Below, piece by piece: positions 6,146 through 14,224 of a DNA stretch of 64,000 nucleotides. The notes under the pieces were generated by a model, which was not told the origin of the DNA, searched no databases, and worked only from the letters and a program-made list of their open reading frames with translations. The position numbers were made by a program, and so were the translations under genes. The stretch is from an uncultured Acidimicrobiaceae bacterium (lineage in GTDB: Bacteria; Actinomycetota; Acidimicrobiia; Acidimicrobiales; Palsa-688), in NCBI GenBank assembly GCA_963729695.1, contig CAVSOT010000007.1, positions 425,332 through 489,331 on the forward strand, in the 5' to 3' direction. Every line of letters starts with the position of its first letter. The stretch's first letter is position 1.

Positions 6146-8422
6146 ATGCCCCCCATGGCACTGTTGGGTACGCCGCTGACCCGTCGCGAAGACGAGCGGC
6201 TTCTCACCGGCCGCGCCCAGTACGTCTCGAATCTCGATATCCCAGGCGCCGCGTTTGCCGTGTATGTGACCTCGACCGTGGCCCACGGTCGCATCCTCTC
6301 CGTCGACCTCAGCGACGCGCGTACCGCTCCGGGAGTGCTCGGGGCGTACAGCGCCCACGACGTCGATTTCGGCCCGTATCCGCTGGGAGATCCCACCGCG
6401 CCCGTGGCCATCGTCCGTCCGCTTCTGGCGGGCGACACCGTCCATTTTGTGGGCGAACCGATCGCGGTTGTCGTCAGCGAGACACGCGAGGCAGGCGTCG
6501 ACGCAGCCGGACTCGTCGTGGTCGACATCGATCCGCTCCCGGCTCTCCCGAGCCTCGAGCGGGCCCTTCAAGGCGACGTACTGCTGTACCCCGAGGCCGG
6601 TTCGAATGTGGTGAAGCGCGAAGAGGGAGGCGATCCAGAGGCGGAGGCCCTGCTCGACGCCTGCGAGGTGGTCGTCCGGGCCACCATCCGGAGCCCACGC
6701 GTCGCGCCCTGCCCCCTCGAGACGAGAGCGGGGGCGTCCCGATGGGAGGAAGACGGCCGGCTGACGCATTGGTCGGCGTGCCAGGGTCCCCACCCCATCC
6801 GAACCCTGCTGGCATCGCTCTACGACCTGCCGGCTGACCGGATTCGGGTCATCGCCCCCGACGTCGGTGGCAGTTTCGGCGCCAAGGCGCGTGCGTACCC
6901 GGAGGAGACGTTGCTGCCATGGCTGGCGGAGCGGGTGGGTCGGCCGGTGCGCTGGGTGCCCACCCGGTCCGACGACATGGTTGGCCTGGGGCACTCCCGC
7001 TGCCAGCAACAGCACGTGGCCCTGGGCGGCAGCCGGGACGGGACCCTGGAAGTGCTGAGCGTCAAGGTCGTCGCCGACGCAGGCGCGTATCCGATGTCCG
7101 CCGCGCTCTTGGCGCGCAATACGGGTTTGCTGTCGCCCGAGATCTACCGCATTGGCAAGGTCCACTGGGAGACCGAGGTGGTGGTTACTTCGACCACTCC
7201 GGTGACGGCCTATAGAGGTGCCGGCCGCCCCGAGGCGGCGGCGGTCACGGAGCGGGCGGTCGAGCTGTTCGCCCGGGAGATCGGAATGGATCCCGTCGAA
7301 CTTCGTCGGCGCAACCTTCTTCGTTCGTCGCAGTTTCCCTATACGACGCCGACCGGCCTCGTCTACGACAGCGGCGATTACGAAGTGTTGCTGGACCGGG
7401 TCCTCGACGCGGCCGGATATCAGCAGCTACGCAACGAACAGTCCTGCCGTCGGGCCGAACAAACCCCCGTTCAGCTCGGCATCGGTGTGGCGATGTTCCT
7501 CGACCGCACCGCCGGGTTCCCCGGCAGCGAGTACGCGCGCACGCAGCTTCGATCAGACGGTTCGGTTCTCCTGACCACCAGCTCGACGCCGCACGGTCAA
7601 GGTCATCACACGGTGTGGGCGATGCTCGTGGCCGATCGCACCGGCCTTCCCCTTGAGAAGGTCGAGGTTGTCCATGGCGACACGGACCTGATGCCCTACG
7701 GCAGCACGACGGGGGGCTCGGTATCGGCGCAACGGGCCGGGTCGGCCGTGGCGCTGGCGGCCGAGCAGCTGGTGGAGCTGGGCCGCAATGCCGCTGCTGA
7801 TCTCTTGGAGGCCGCCGTCGAGGACATCGTCCTCGACGCGGGGGGCCCGGCCTGCTTCCACGTGGCCGGGTCGCCGTCGACCGCCTTGAGTTGGGAGGAC
7901 ATCGCCGTCGCTGCGGCTTCCGCCTCGGACTCGGGCCTGGCCTGCGAGTCGGACTGCAGCAGTGCCGCCACCTTCCCGGCCGGCGCGTACGTCGCCGTGG
8001 TCGAGGTCGACACCGAGACGGGTGCCGTCAGCGTGCGACGGCTGGTTACCGTGGACGACGCGGGGACCGTCCTGAACCCGTTGCTGGCCGAAGGGCAGGT
8101 GCACGGCGGTTCGGCTCAAGGGATAGCCCAAGCGTTGCTCGAGGAATTCGTATACGACGACGCGGGTAATCCGCTCACATCCAACTTTGCCGACTACGCA
8201 GTGATCTCCGCCCCCGAGCTCCCGTCCTTCGAATCGTTCATGGTGGAGACTCCCTCGCCCAACAATCCGCTCGGCGCCAAGGGCATTGGCGAGTCGGGTT
8301 CGATCGGGGCTCCTCCCGCTGTGCAAAATGCGGTCATCGACGCCCTCCTGCCCTTCGGTGTCACCCACGTCGACATGCCGTGCACACCCCAGCGGGTCTG
8401 GCAGGCCATGCGGGGGATATGA
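6146..8422 (+). CDS. xanthine dehydrogenase family molybdopterin-binding subunit, form-II CoxL-like
   Basis: N-terminal LGTPLTRREDERLLTGRAQYV and the AYRGAGR motif (VTAYRGAGRPEA) typical of form-II CODH-like large subunits. ATG 6146 or 6155 is more plausible than GTG 6119. Confidence 0.85.
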   Translation: MPPMALLGTPLTRREDERLLTGRAQYVSNLDIPGAAFAVYVTSTVAHGRILSVDLSDARTAPGVLGAYSAHDVDFGPYPLGDPTAPVAIVRPLLAGDTVHFVGEPIAVVVSETREAGVDAAGLVVVDIDPLPALPSLERALQGDVLLYPEAGSNVVKREEGGDPEAEALLDACEVVVRATIRSPRVAPCPLETRAGASRWEEDGRLTHWSACQGPHPIRTLLASLYDLPADRIRVIAPDVGGSFGAKARAYPEETLLPWLAERVGRPVRWVPTRSDDMVGLGHSRCQQQHVALGGSRDGTLEVLSVKVVADAGAYPMSAALLARNTGLLSPEIYRIGKVHWETEVVVTSTTPVTAYRGAGRPEAAAVTERAVELFAREIGMDPVELRRRNLLRSSQFPYTTPTGLVYDSGDYEVLLDRVLDAAGYQQLRNEQSCRRAEQTPVQLGIGVAMFLDRTAGFPGSEYARTQLRSDGSVLLTTSSTPHGQGHHTVWAMLVADRTGLPLEKVEVVHGDTDLMPYGSTTGGSVSAQRAGSAVALAAEQLVELGRNAAADLLEAAVEDIVLDAGGPACFHVAGSPSTALSWEDIAVAAASASDSGLACESDCSSAATFPAGAYVAVVEVDTETGAVSVRRLVTVDDAGTVLNPLLAEGQVHGGSAQGIAQALLEEFVYDDAGNPLTSNFADYAVISAPELPSFESFMVETPSPNNPLGAKGIGESGSIGAPPAVQNAVIDALLPFGVTHVDMPCTPQRVWQAMRGI

Positions 8423-8429
8423 GCCTTGT

Positions 8430-10133
8430 CTATTTCCCGCGGCGCCCGTCTCGACCGGCCCTCAGCAGCTGTCCGGCGCGCACGTCGGTGGCTTCGCCGT
8501 CGCGGGTGAACACCTGGCCATTGACGACGGTCGCCACGTAGCCCTGGGCGCGCTGCACCAAACGCCTGGCCCCGCCGGGCAGATCCTGCACCAGTTGCGG
8601 CATGTCGGGGGCGACGGTTTGCGGATCGAAGATCGTGATGTCTGCCGCGTATCCCGGTGCCAATGTGCCTCGGTCGTGCAGTCGCCACACTCGCGCCGGC
8701 TGGCTGGTGATCATCCGGACGGCCTCCTCGAGCGAGAACACTTCTCGCTCGCGTACCCAATAGGCGAGGAGATAGGTCTGGATCGATGCATCCGCCACTT
8801 GGCTGACATGAGCACCTGAGTCGGAAAATGTCATCGCCGTGTGCGGGTTTCGCAACAGCGCCACCAACTCGTCTTCCGGTTGCATCGTCAGAAGTTGGGG
8901 AAAGAGGGCGTCGAAATTGCTCTCGAGGGCGACGTCGATCATCGCCTCCACCGGGTCGGTGCCGCGGCGTGTGGCCTCCTCGGCGACCGATGGATTCGGG
9001 AGCCACGGCGAGCGCATGATGAAGATGGTGTCGTAGTCGGGTGTCCGAGCTTCGGCCCCGATAGCCTCGCCGTACTTGCCGTGCCGGGCCGCCTGCACCA
9101 ACCGAGCCCGGACCTCGGGGTTCTGGAGGAGCACCTGCTGCTCTCCGAGCGGGCGGCTCCGGATCGGCTGCCATTCCGGCAGGGTGTCGAAGGCCAGGCG
9201 GGTCCGGAAGGACTGCATCGTCGAGACACCCCGACAGTGGGTCAACCCGTACATCTCGCCGCCGCGCGCCACCGTGTCCTCGATGACCCCCAGGGCGCCA
9301 GTGAAGCTCGGCGACGCGAACAGGCCGAACACGACGGGCACGCCGGTCCTCAGAGCCAGCTGCTGGATGCGCCGGTAGTAGTCGTCACGTTCCTCTGCGT
9401 CACCGGCCGCGGCCGGCTCGGGGGCGAGCTGGAAGACCGCGCTGCTCTCGCTTCCGACCACCTCCACTAGGGACGCCACCTCGTCCCACGAGGCCAGGCG
9501 GGAAGCCACCGGCCGCCCGTCGGATGTGGCATGGGCCGAGCTCCGCGACGTGGTGAAGCCCGCCGCGCCCGCCTGCAGGGCGTCGGTCAGCTCTCGCCGC
9601 ATGACGTCGAGATCGGTCTCCGTGGCCGGCCCGGCAAAGGCCCGTTCGCCCATGGCCCAGGTGCGGAGGGCGGAATGCCCTATCGATCCGGCATAGTTGA
9701 CGCCTTTCGGCAACCGGTCCACCGCGTCGAAGTACTCGGAGAACGTCGACCACGTCCAGGGGACTCCCTCCGCCATGGCGTCGCCCGAGATGTCTTCCGC
9801 TCTCTCGAGGTTCCGTACCACGAGCTCTCGTTGGTCGGAACGGGCCGGAGCCAGAGTAAAGCCGCAATTGCCCATCACGACCGTGGTCACCCCCTGCCAG
9901 CACGACGAAGTGCCGAGCTGGTCCCAGAACACCTGGGCGTCCATGTGTGTGTGTCCGTCGACAAAGCCGGGGGCCACGACGAGACCGTCGGCGTCGATTT
10001 CCTGGCGCCCGGAGTCGTCCACCTCGCCGACTGCTGCGATCCGATCCCCGAGGACAGCCACATCCCCCCGGACCCCAGGGGCCCCGGTGCCGTCGATCAC
10101 GAGTCCGTTGCGAATCACCAAGTCGTACTGCAC
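8430..10133 (-). CDS. N-acyl-D-amino-acid deacylase family amidohydrolase
   Basis: N-terminus MQYDLVIRNGLVIDGTGAPGVRGDVAV...APGFVDGHTHMD (metal-binding HxH). Paralog of 10322..12058. Confidence 0.85.
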   Translation of the reverse strand: MQYDLVIRNGLVIDGTGAPGVRGDVAVLGDRIAAVGEVDDSGRQEIDADGLVVAPGFVDGHTHMDAQVFWDQLGTSSCWQGVTTVVMGNCGFTLAPARSDQRELVVRNLERAEDISGDAMAEGVPWTWSTFSEYFDAVDRLPKGVNYAGSIGHSALRTWAMGERAFAGPATETDLDVMRRELTDALQAGAAGFTTSRSSAHATSDGRPVASRLASWDEVASLVEVVGSESSAVFQLAPEPAAAGDAEERDDYYRRIQQLALRTGVPVVFGLFASPSFTGALGVIEDTVARGGEMYGLTHCRGVSTMQSFRTRLAFDTLPEWQPIRSRPLGEQQVLLQNPEVRARLVQAARHGKYGEAIGAEARTPDYDTIFIMRSPWLPNPSVAEEATRRGTDPVEAMIDVALESNFDALFPQLLTMQPEDELVALLRNPHTAMTFSDSGAHVSQVADASIQTYLLAYWVREREVFSLEEAVRMITSQPARVWRLHDRGTLAPGYAADITIFDPQTVAPDMPQLVQDLPGGARRLVQRAQGYVATVVNGQVFTRDGEATDVRAGQLLRAGRDGRRGK

Positions 10134-10321
10134 GAGCTTGCCCTCCCGTTCTGGTTGTCGACGTCATCCCCAGGTCGGTATTCGTTTCGGCCCCGGCCGG
10201 GTCGATCGTCTCCAGCAGTTCTAGCGCAGGGAGGTGGGGCGGTCCAGATGGCTCTAATGGACACTCGTGTCGTTAGATGTACCTGATTGACGCTGTCTGC
10301 GGACGGGCGTAGCGTGACGGC

Positions 10322-12058
10322 GTGGCTGATCTCGTGATTCGGAACGGGTTGGTGATCGACGGTACCGGGGCGCCGGGGGTCGTGGCCGACGTGGCCGTCG
10401 AGGGGGGCCGGGTGGTGGAAGTAGGTCAGGTGGCCGAGCGGGGGACCCGGACGATCGATGCCTCCGACCTGGTGGTTGCCCCTGGCTTCGTCGACATCCA
10501 CACGCACTACGACGCCCAGGCCTTTTGGGATTCGACGCTGAGCCCGTCACCCCTGCACGGTGTGACGACGGCCGTGAGCGGGAATTGCGGGTTCACTATT
10601 GCGCCGTTGTCGGGCAACGCCGACGACAGCGACTACCTCCTGCGCATGCTGGCCCGGGTCGAGGGGATGCCACTGGCGTCGTTGCAGCAGGGGGTCCCGT
10701 GGGATTGGCAGTCGACTGCGGAGTATCTCGACCGCCTCGACGAGCGCGGGTTGGGTCCGAATGTCGGTTTCCTGGTGGGCCATTCGACTCTCCGGCGCTT
10801 GGTGATGCGAGACGATGCGGTCAGCCGCCCCAGTACCGAGGCGGAGCTGGCGGCGATGCAGCAGCTCTTGCGGGATGGTCTGCGGGCCGGCGGCTTCGGC
10901 TTTTCCTCTACGTGGGCCCGTTCGCACAACGACCACGAAGGCCATCCCGTCCCCTCCCGCCATGCCACGGCCGAGGAGCTGGTGGCGCTCTCCGCCGTAG
11001 TGGGCGAGTTTCCCGGGACGACCCTGGAGTTCATTCCTGGGGTTCCGCCATTCAGCGACGATCTGTTCGCTTTGATGGCGGCTATGAGCCGGGCCGCCAA
11101 CCGGACGATCAACTGGAACGTTCTGGCGGTCTTTCCCGACAATCAGGACCTGGTGCAACGCCAGCTCGCCGGCGCGGATTACGCGGCGGAGATGGGAGGC
11201 CGCGTCGTGGGCCTGACGCTAGCCGACGGCATCAGAAACCGGCTCAACTTCAAGAGCGGTTTCGTGCTCGATGTCCTGCCCGGGTGGGACCGGCTGATGG
11301 CGTTACCCGACGACGAGAAGCTCGCATTCATGGCGGACCCCTCTTCGCGTGCCGAGATGGACCGGCTGGCCCAGAGCGTGCAGGGCATGGCTACCATCAT
11401 CCCCCGCTGGAATCAGTATGTGATCCTGGAGGCCTTTTCCCCTGAGACCAAGCCGTTCCAGGGCATGACGGTCGAAGAGATCGCGGCGCGCACCAATCGC
11501 AGCCCGTGGGACGCGTTGGCGGACATCGTCGTGCAGGACCGGCTGCGGACCGTCATTCTCAACGAGGACCGCGGCCAGACCAGGGAGACGTGGCGCCTCC
11601 GGGCCGAGCTGTGGCGCGACCCTCGCGTGGTCATCGGGGCCTCCGACGCCGGAGCGCACCTGGACATGATCGACACATTTTCCTATCCGACCGCCATGAT
11701 CGCCAAGGCGGTTCGGGAGCACGGCCTCCTACCGTTGGAGGAGGCGGTCCACTATCTCACGGGAGTACCCGCCGGCTTGTACGGCATCCGGGATCGTGGT
11801 GTGGTCCGACCCGGAGCCTGGGCCGACCTGGTGATCTTCGATCCGCAGACGATCGGCCCGGACCTCGTCTCGACCCGGTTCGACCTCCCTGGTGGCGCTC
11901 CCCGGGTGTACGGAGGTGCCATCGGGATGGAGCATGTCATGGTGGCCGGCCGTGACATCGTCACGAGCGGGGAGTTCACTGACGACCGGCCCGGGCGAGT
12001 GCTTCGTGCCGGCCGGGACAGCACCACCGTGACCGCAGCCCCCGTCGAGCACCCCTAG
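10322..12058 (+). CDS. N-acyl-D-amino-acid deacylase family amidohydrolase (divergent paralog)
   Basis: MADLVIRNGLVIDGTGAPGVVADVAV...APGFVDIHTHYD. Divergently transcribed from 8430..10133. Confidence 0.85.
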   Translation: MADLVIRNGLVIDGTGAPGVVADVAVEGGRVVEVGQVAERGTRTIDASDLVVAPGFVDIHTHYDAQAFWDSTLSPSPLHGVTTAVSGNCGFTIAPLSGNADDSDYLLRMLARVEGMPLASLQQGVPWDWQSTAEYLDRLDERGLGPNVGFLVGHSTLRRLVMRDDAVSRPSTEAELAAMQQLLRDGLRAGGFGFSSTWARSHNDHEGHPVPSRHATAEELVALSAVVGEFPGTTLEFIPGVPPFSDDLFALMAAMSRAANRTINWNVLAVFPDNQDLVQRQLAGADYAAEMGGRVVGLTLADGIRNRLNFKSGFVLDVLPGWDRLMALPDDEKLAFMADPSSRAEMDRLAQSVQGMATIIPRWNQYVILEAFSPETKPFQGMTVEEIAARTNRSPWDALADIVVQDRLRTVILNEDRGQTRETWRLRAELWRDPRVVIGASDAGAHLDMIDTFSYPTAMIAKAVREHGLLPLEEAVHYLTGVPAGLYGIRDRGVVRPGAWADLVIFDPQTIGPDLVSTRFDLPGGAPRVYGGAIGMEHVMVAGRDIVTSGEFTDDRPGRVLRAGRDSTTVTAAPVEHP

Positions 12059-12125
12059 CCGACACCAAGACCGACGCCACGCCGCACCGGCCTCCTCAGG
12101 GGGCGAGGACCCAGGGTGCGGACAT

Positions 12126-12992
12126 TCAACCCGGGCCGAGCCGGACCAGCGCCGCCAGGTGGTCGCTGCTCGGGTTCCCCGAGATCATCACCACGTCGTC
12201 GAACCCGAGTTCGCCGAGTCGCTCCAGCCTCTGCCGGGCCTGGTCGGGGGGGCATCGCAGATTCACCGATGCATCCGGCCCGTCCGGTCCGTCGCCGTCG
12301 AGGTCCGCAATGACGCTGACGAGCACGGCCCGCCCGCCGCCGGCCGCCCGAAAACGAGCCATCGCCCTCTCGACCTGCCCCCAGGTGGCATGGGCGCCGG
12401 ATCCGATCCATCCATCGAATTCCTCGGCTGCCCGCTCGACCCACCTGCTGCCCCACGCGCCGATCAGCACGGGCGGTCCTCCCAGGCCGTCCGGCCACGG
12501 ATCGAGCTGGGCGGCGCCGACCCGCTCGCCGTTCCACAGCCGCCGCATGGCGGCGAGCGATCGATCCAGCGTGGTGAACCGGGACTGGAAGTCCTGCCCG
12601 ACCGCCTCGAAATCGGCGGGCGTGGAACCAGCGCCGACGCCGAGAACGAAGCGATCGTGAGCCACCAGCGCGGTAGTGAGGACGCGCCGGGCCAGGCTGA
12701 CGGGATTCGCCAGCGGAACCTGCAGGATGCAAGTTCCGAGTTCCAGACGCGAGGTGGCACCGGCGACCGCAGCCAAGCCGACCAGCGGGTCGAGAAGGAA
12801 ATGGCCGCGGCCGATCACGTCGGCCATCCAGATGCCCGCGTATCCGAGCTCTTCTATGTGTTTCGCCCCCTCGATGAGCTCCGGGCCGCTCACCGGGACG
12901 CCCCGGGTGGGAGCGGGCGTCGGAAAGGAGACACCAAGACGGGGAGTGACGCTCCGCCTTGGCTGCTCGACGGAGGGAATGGGCGATGTCAC
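12126..12992 (-). CDS. LLM-class flavin/F420-dependent oxidoreductase
   Basis: Luciferase-like stretches (LELGTCILQVPLANPVSLARRVLT, FVLGVGAGSTPADFEAVG). GTG 12992 is preceded by AAGGAG. The rest of ORF 12126..13478 overlaps the thiolase-like gene and looks non-coding. Confidence 0.75.
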   Translation of the reverse strand: MTSPIPSVEQPRRSVTPRLGVSFPTPAPTRGVPVSGPELIEGAKHIEELGYAGIWMADVIGRGHFLLDPLVGLAAVAGATSRLELGTCILQVPLANPVSLARRVLTTALVAHDRFVLGVGAGSTPADFEAVGQDFQSRFTTLDRSLAAMRRLWNGERVGAAQLDPWPDGLGGPPVLIGAWGSRWVERAAEEFDGWIGSGAHATWGQVERAMARFRAAGGGRAVLVSVIADLDGDGPDGPDASVNLRCPPDQARQRLERLGELGFDDVVMISGNPSSDHLAALVRLGPG

Positions 12993-13014
12993 GATGGCAC
13001 TCCTTTCGCCTGGT

Positions 13015-14187
13015 TCAGCGGGTGAGCAGCGCCGCGCCGCCCTCGAGGACTCCGGCACTGGTAACCACTGCGACCTCGGCACCAGCCACCTGACGTCCCC
13101 GGGCCTCGCCCCGCAGCTGGCGAACGGCCTCGGCGATGTGTCCGAAGCCGGCGTGGAGCCGGCCGCCCGAGAGCTGGCCGCCCCACGTATTGAGGGGCAG
13201 CTCCCCTCCGACAGAGATACGTCCCCCTCCCTCGATGAAACTCCCGGCCTCGCCGGTGCCGCAGAATCCGAGCGCTTCGAGCCAGCAGACGACGGAGATG
13301 CTAAAGCCGTCGTACAGCTGGGCGACGTCGACGTCGGTGGGTTTGAGATCAGTGCGACTCCACAGCGCGGCGGCCGTCCGGCGACCCAGGGCTTCGATGC
13401 GGTCCACCTGATACCAGGACGTTGCTCCTTCGCGGACGCCGGCCATGGACTCGATCCGAATGGGAGCCCGGAGATCACCCGACGTCTCGGCTGCCGAGAC
13501 GACGATCGCGGTTGAAGCGTCTACCGGCACGTCGCAGTCAAACAGGCACAACGGCGTCGAGATCATCCGCGACTGCAAATAGTCCTCGACGGTCAAGGGA
13601 TCGCGGTAGACCGCGTCCGGGTTTGCCGAGGCGTGAGCCCGTTGCGTGACGGAGATCCAGGCCAATTGGTCTCGTCTGAGCTGGTAGTCGTGCATGTACC
13701 GCGCCGCGATCGGCGCCAGCTGGCAGGCTACGGACAATCCGCCGATGGGCAGCACCCAGGCGAGCGCTCCAGCCGCGGTGGGGGAGGTGGATCCGTACGC
13801 CGGGCGTCCACCCGCTCTGCGGCCCGCGCTGCCCTCCTTGACGGTTCGATAGAGGACCACGTGGCGCGCCTGGCCGGTAGCCACGGCCATGACCGCGCCC
13901 GACAGAGGACCGGCCGAGCCGACGCCGCCGCTCCACGACGTGGTGAGGCGAAGCGCCTCGTGAATCTCCGCCAGGTCTGGGTTGGACGCCCCGGGCACGC
14001 CACCGCCTCCCGAAGGAAACGCCGAGATGCCGTCGATGTCGTCGAGGACGAGGCCGGCATCAGCGACGGCGGCGCAGATGGCATCGAGGGTGAGCTGAAA
14101 TCCCGACCGTTCGATCTGCCGACCGATGGCGGAGTGCCCGATGCCTGAGATGACGGTGCGGCGCTCGCACTGTTCGTTTCGGATCAG
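13015..14187 (-). CDS. thiolase-fold (SCP-x / lipid-transfer-type) protein
   Basis: C-terminal thiolase-like region, with the conserved N-terminus RRTVISGIGHSAIGRQ in frame upstream of the ORF-track start (GTG 13998). There is no ATG/GTG/TTG between in-frame TAG 14197-14199 and 13998. A GGGGAGG Shine-Dalgarno lies just upstream of in-frame CTG 14187 / ATC 14184. Confidence 0.7.
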   Translation of the reverse strand: MIRNEQCERRTVISGIGHSAIGRQIERSGFQLTLDAICAAVADAGLVLDDIDGISAFPSGGGGVPGASNPDLAEIHEALRLTTSWSGGVGSAGPLSGAVMAVATGQARHVVLYRTVKEGSAGRRAGGRPAYGSTSPTAAGALAWVLPIGGLSVACQLAPIAARYMHDYQLRRDQLAWISVTQRAHASANPDAVYRDPLTVEDYLQSRMISTPLCLFDCDVPVDASTAIVVSAAETSGDLRAPIRIESMAGVREGATSWYQVDRIEALGRRTAAALWSRTDLKPTDVDVAQLYDGFSISVVCWLEALGFCGTGEAGSFIEGGGRISVGGELPLNTWGGQLSGGRLHAGFGHIAEAVRQLRGEARGRQVAGAEVAVVTSAGVLEGGAALLTR

Positions 14188-14224
14188 GCACCTCCCCTAC
14201 GGCACGCGCTGATCGATGACGGGG

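Noticed and set aside
12126-13478. 450-aa ORF-track version of the LLM oxidoreductase gene.
   Set aside because: The upstream 162 codons overlap the thiolase-fold gene and are Ser/Pro/Arg-rich. GTG 12992 with AAGGAG upstream gives a normal luciferase-like protein.
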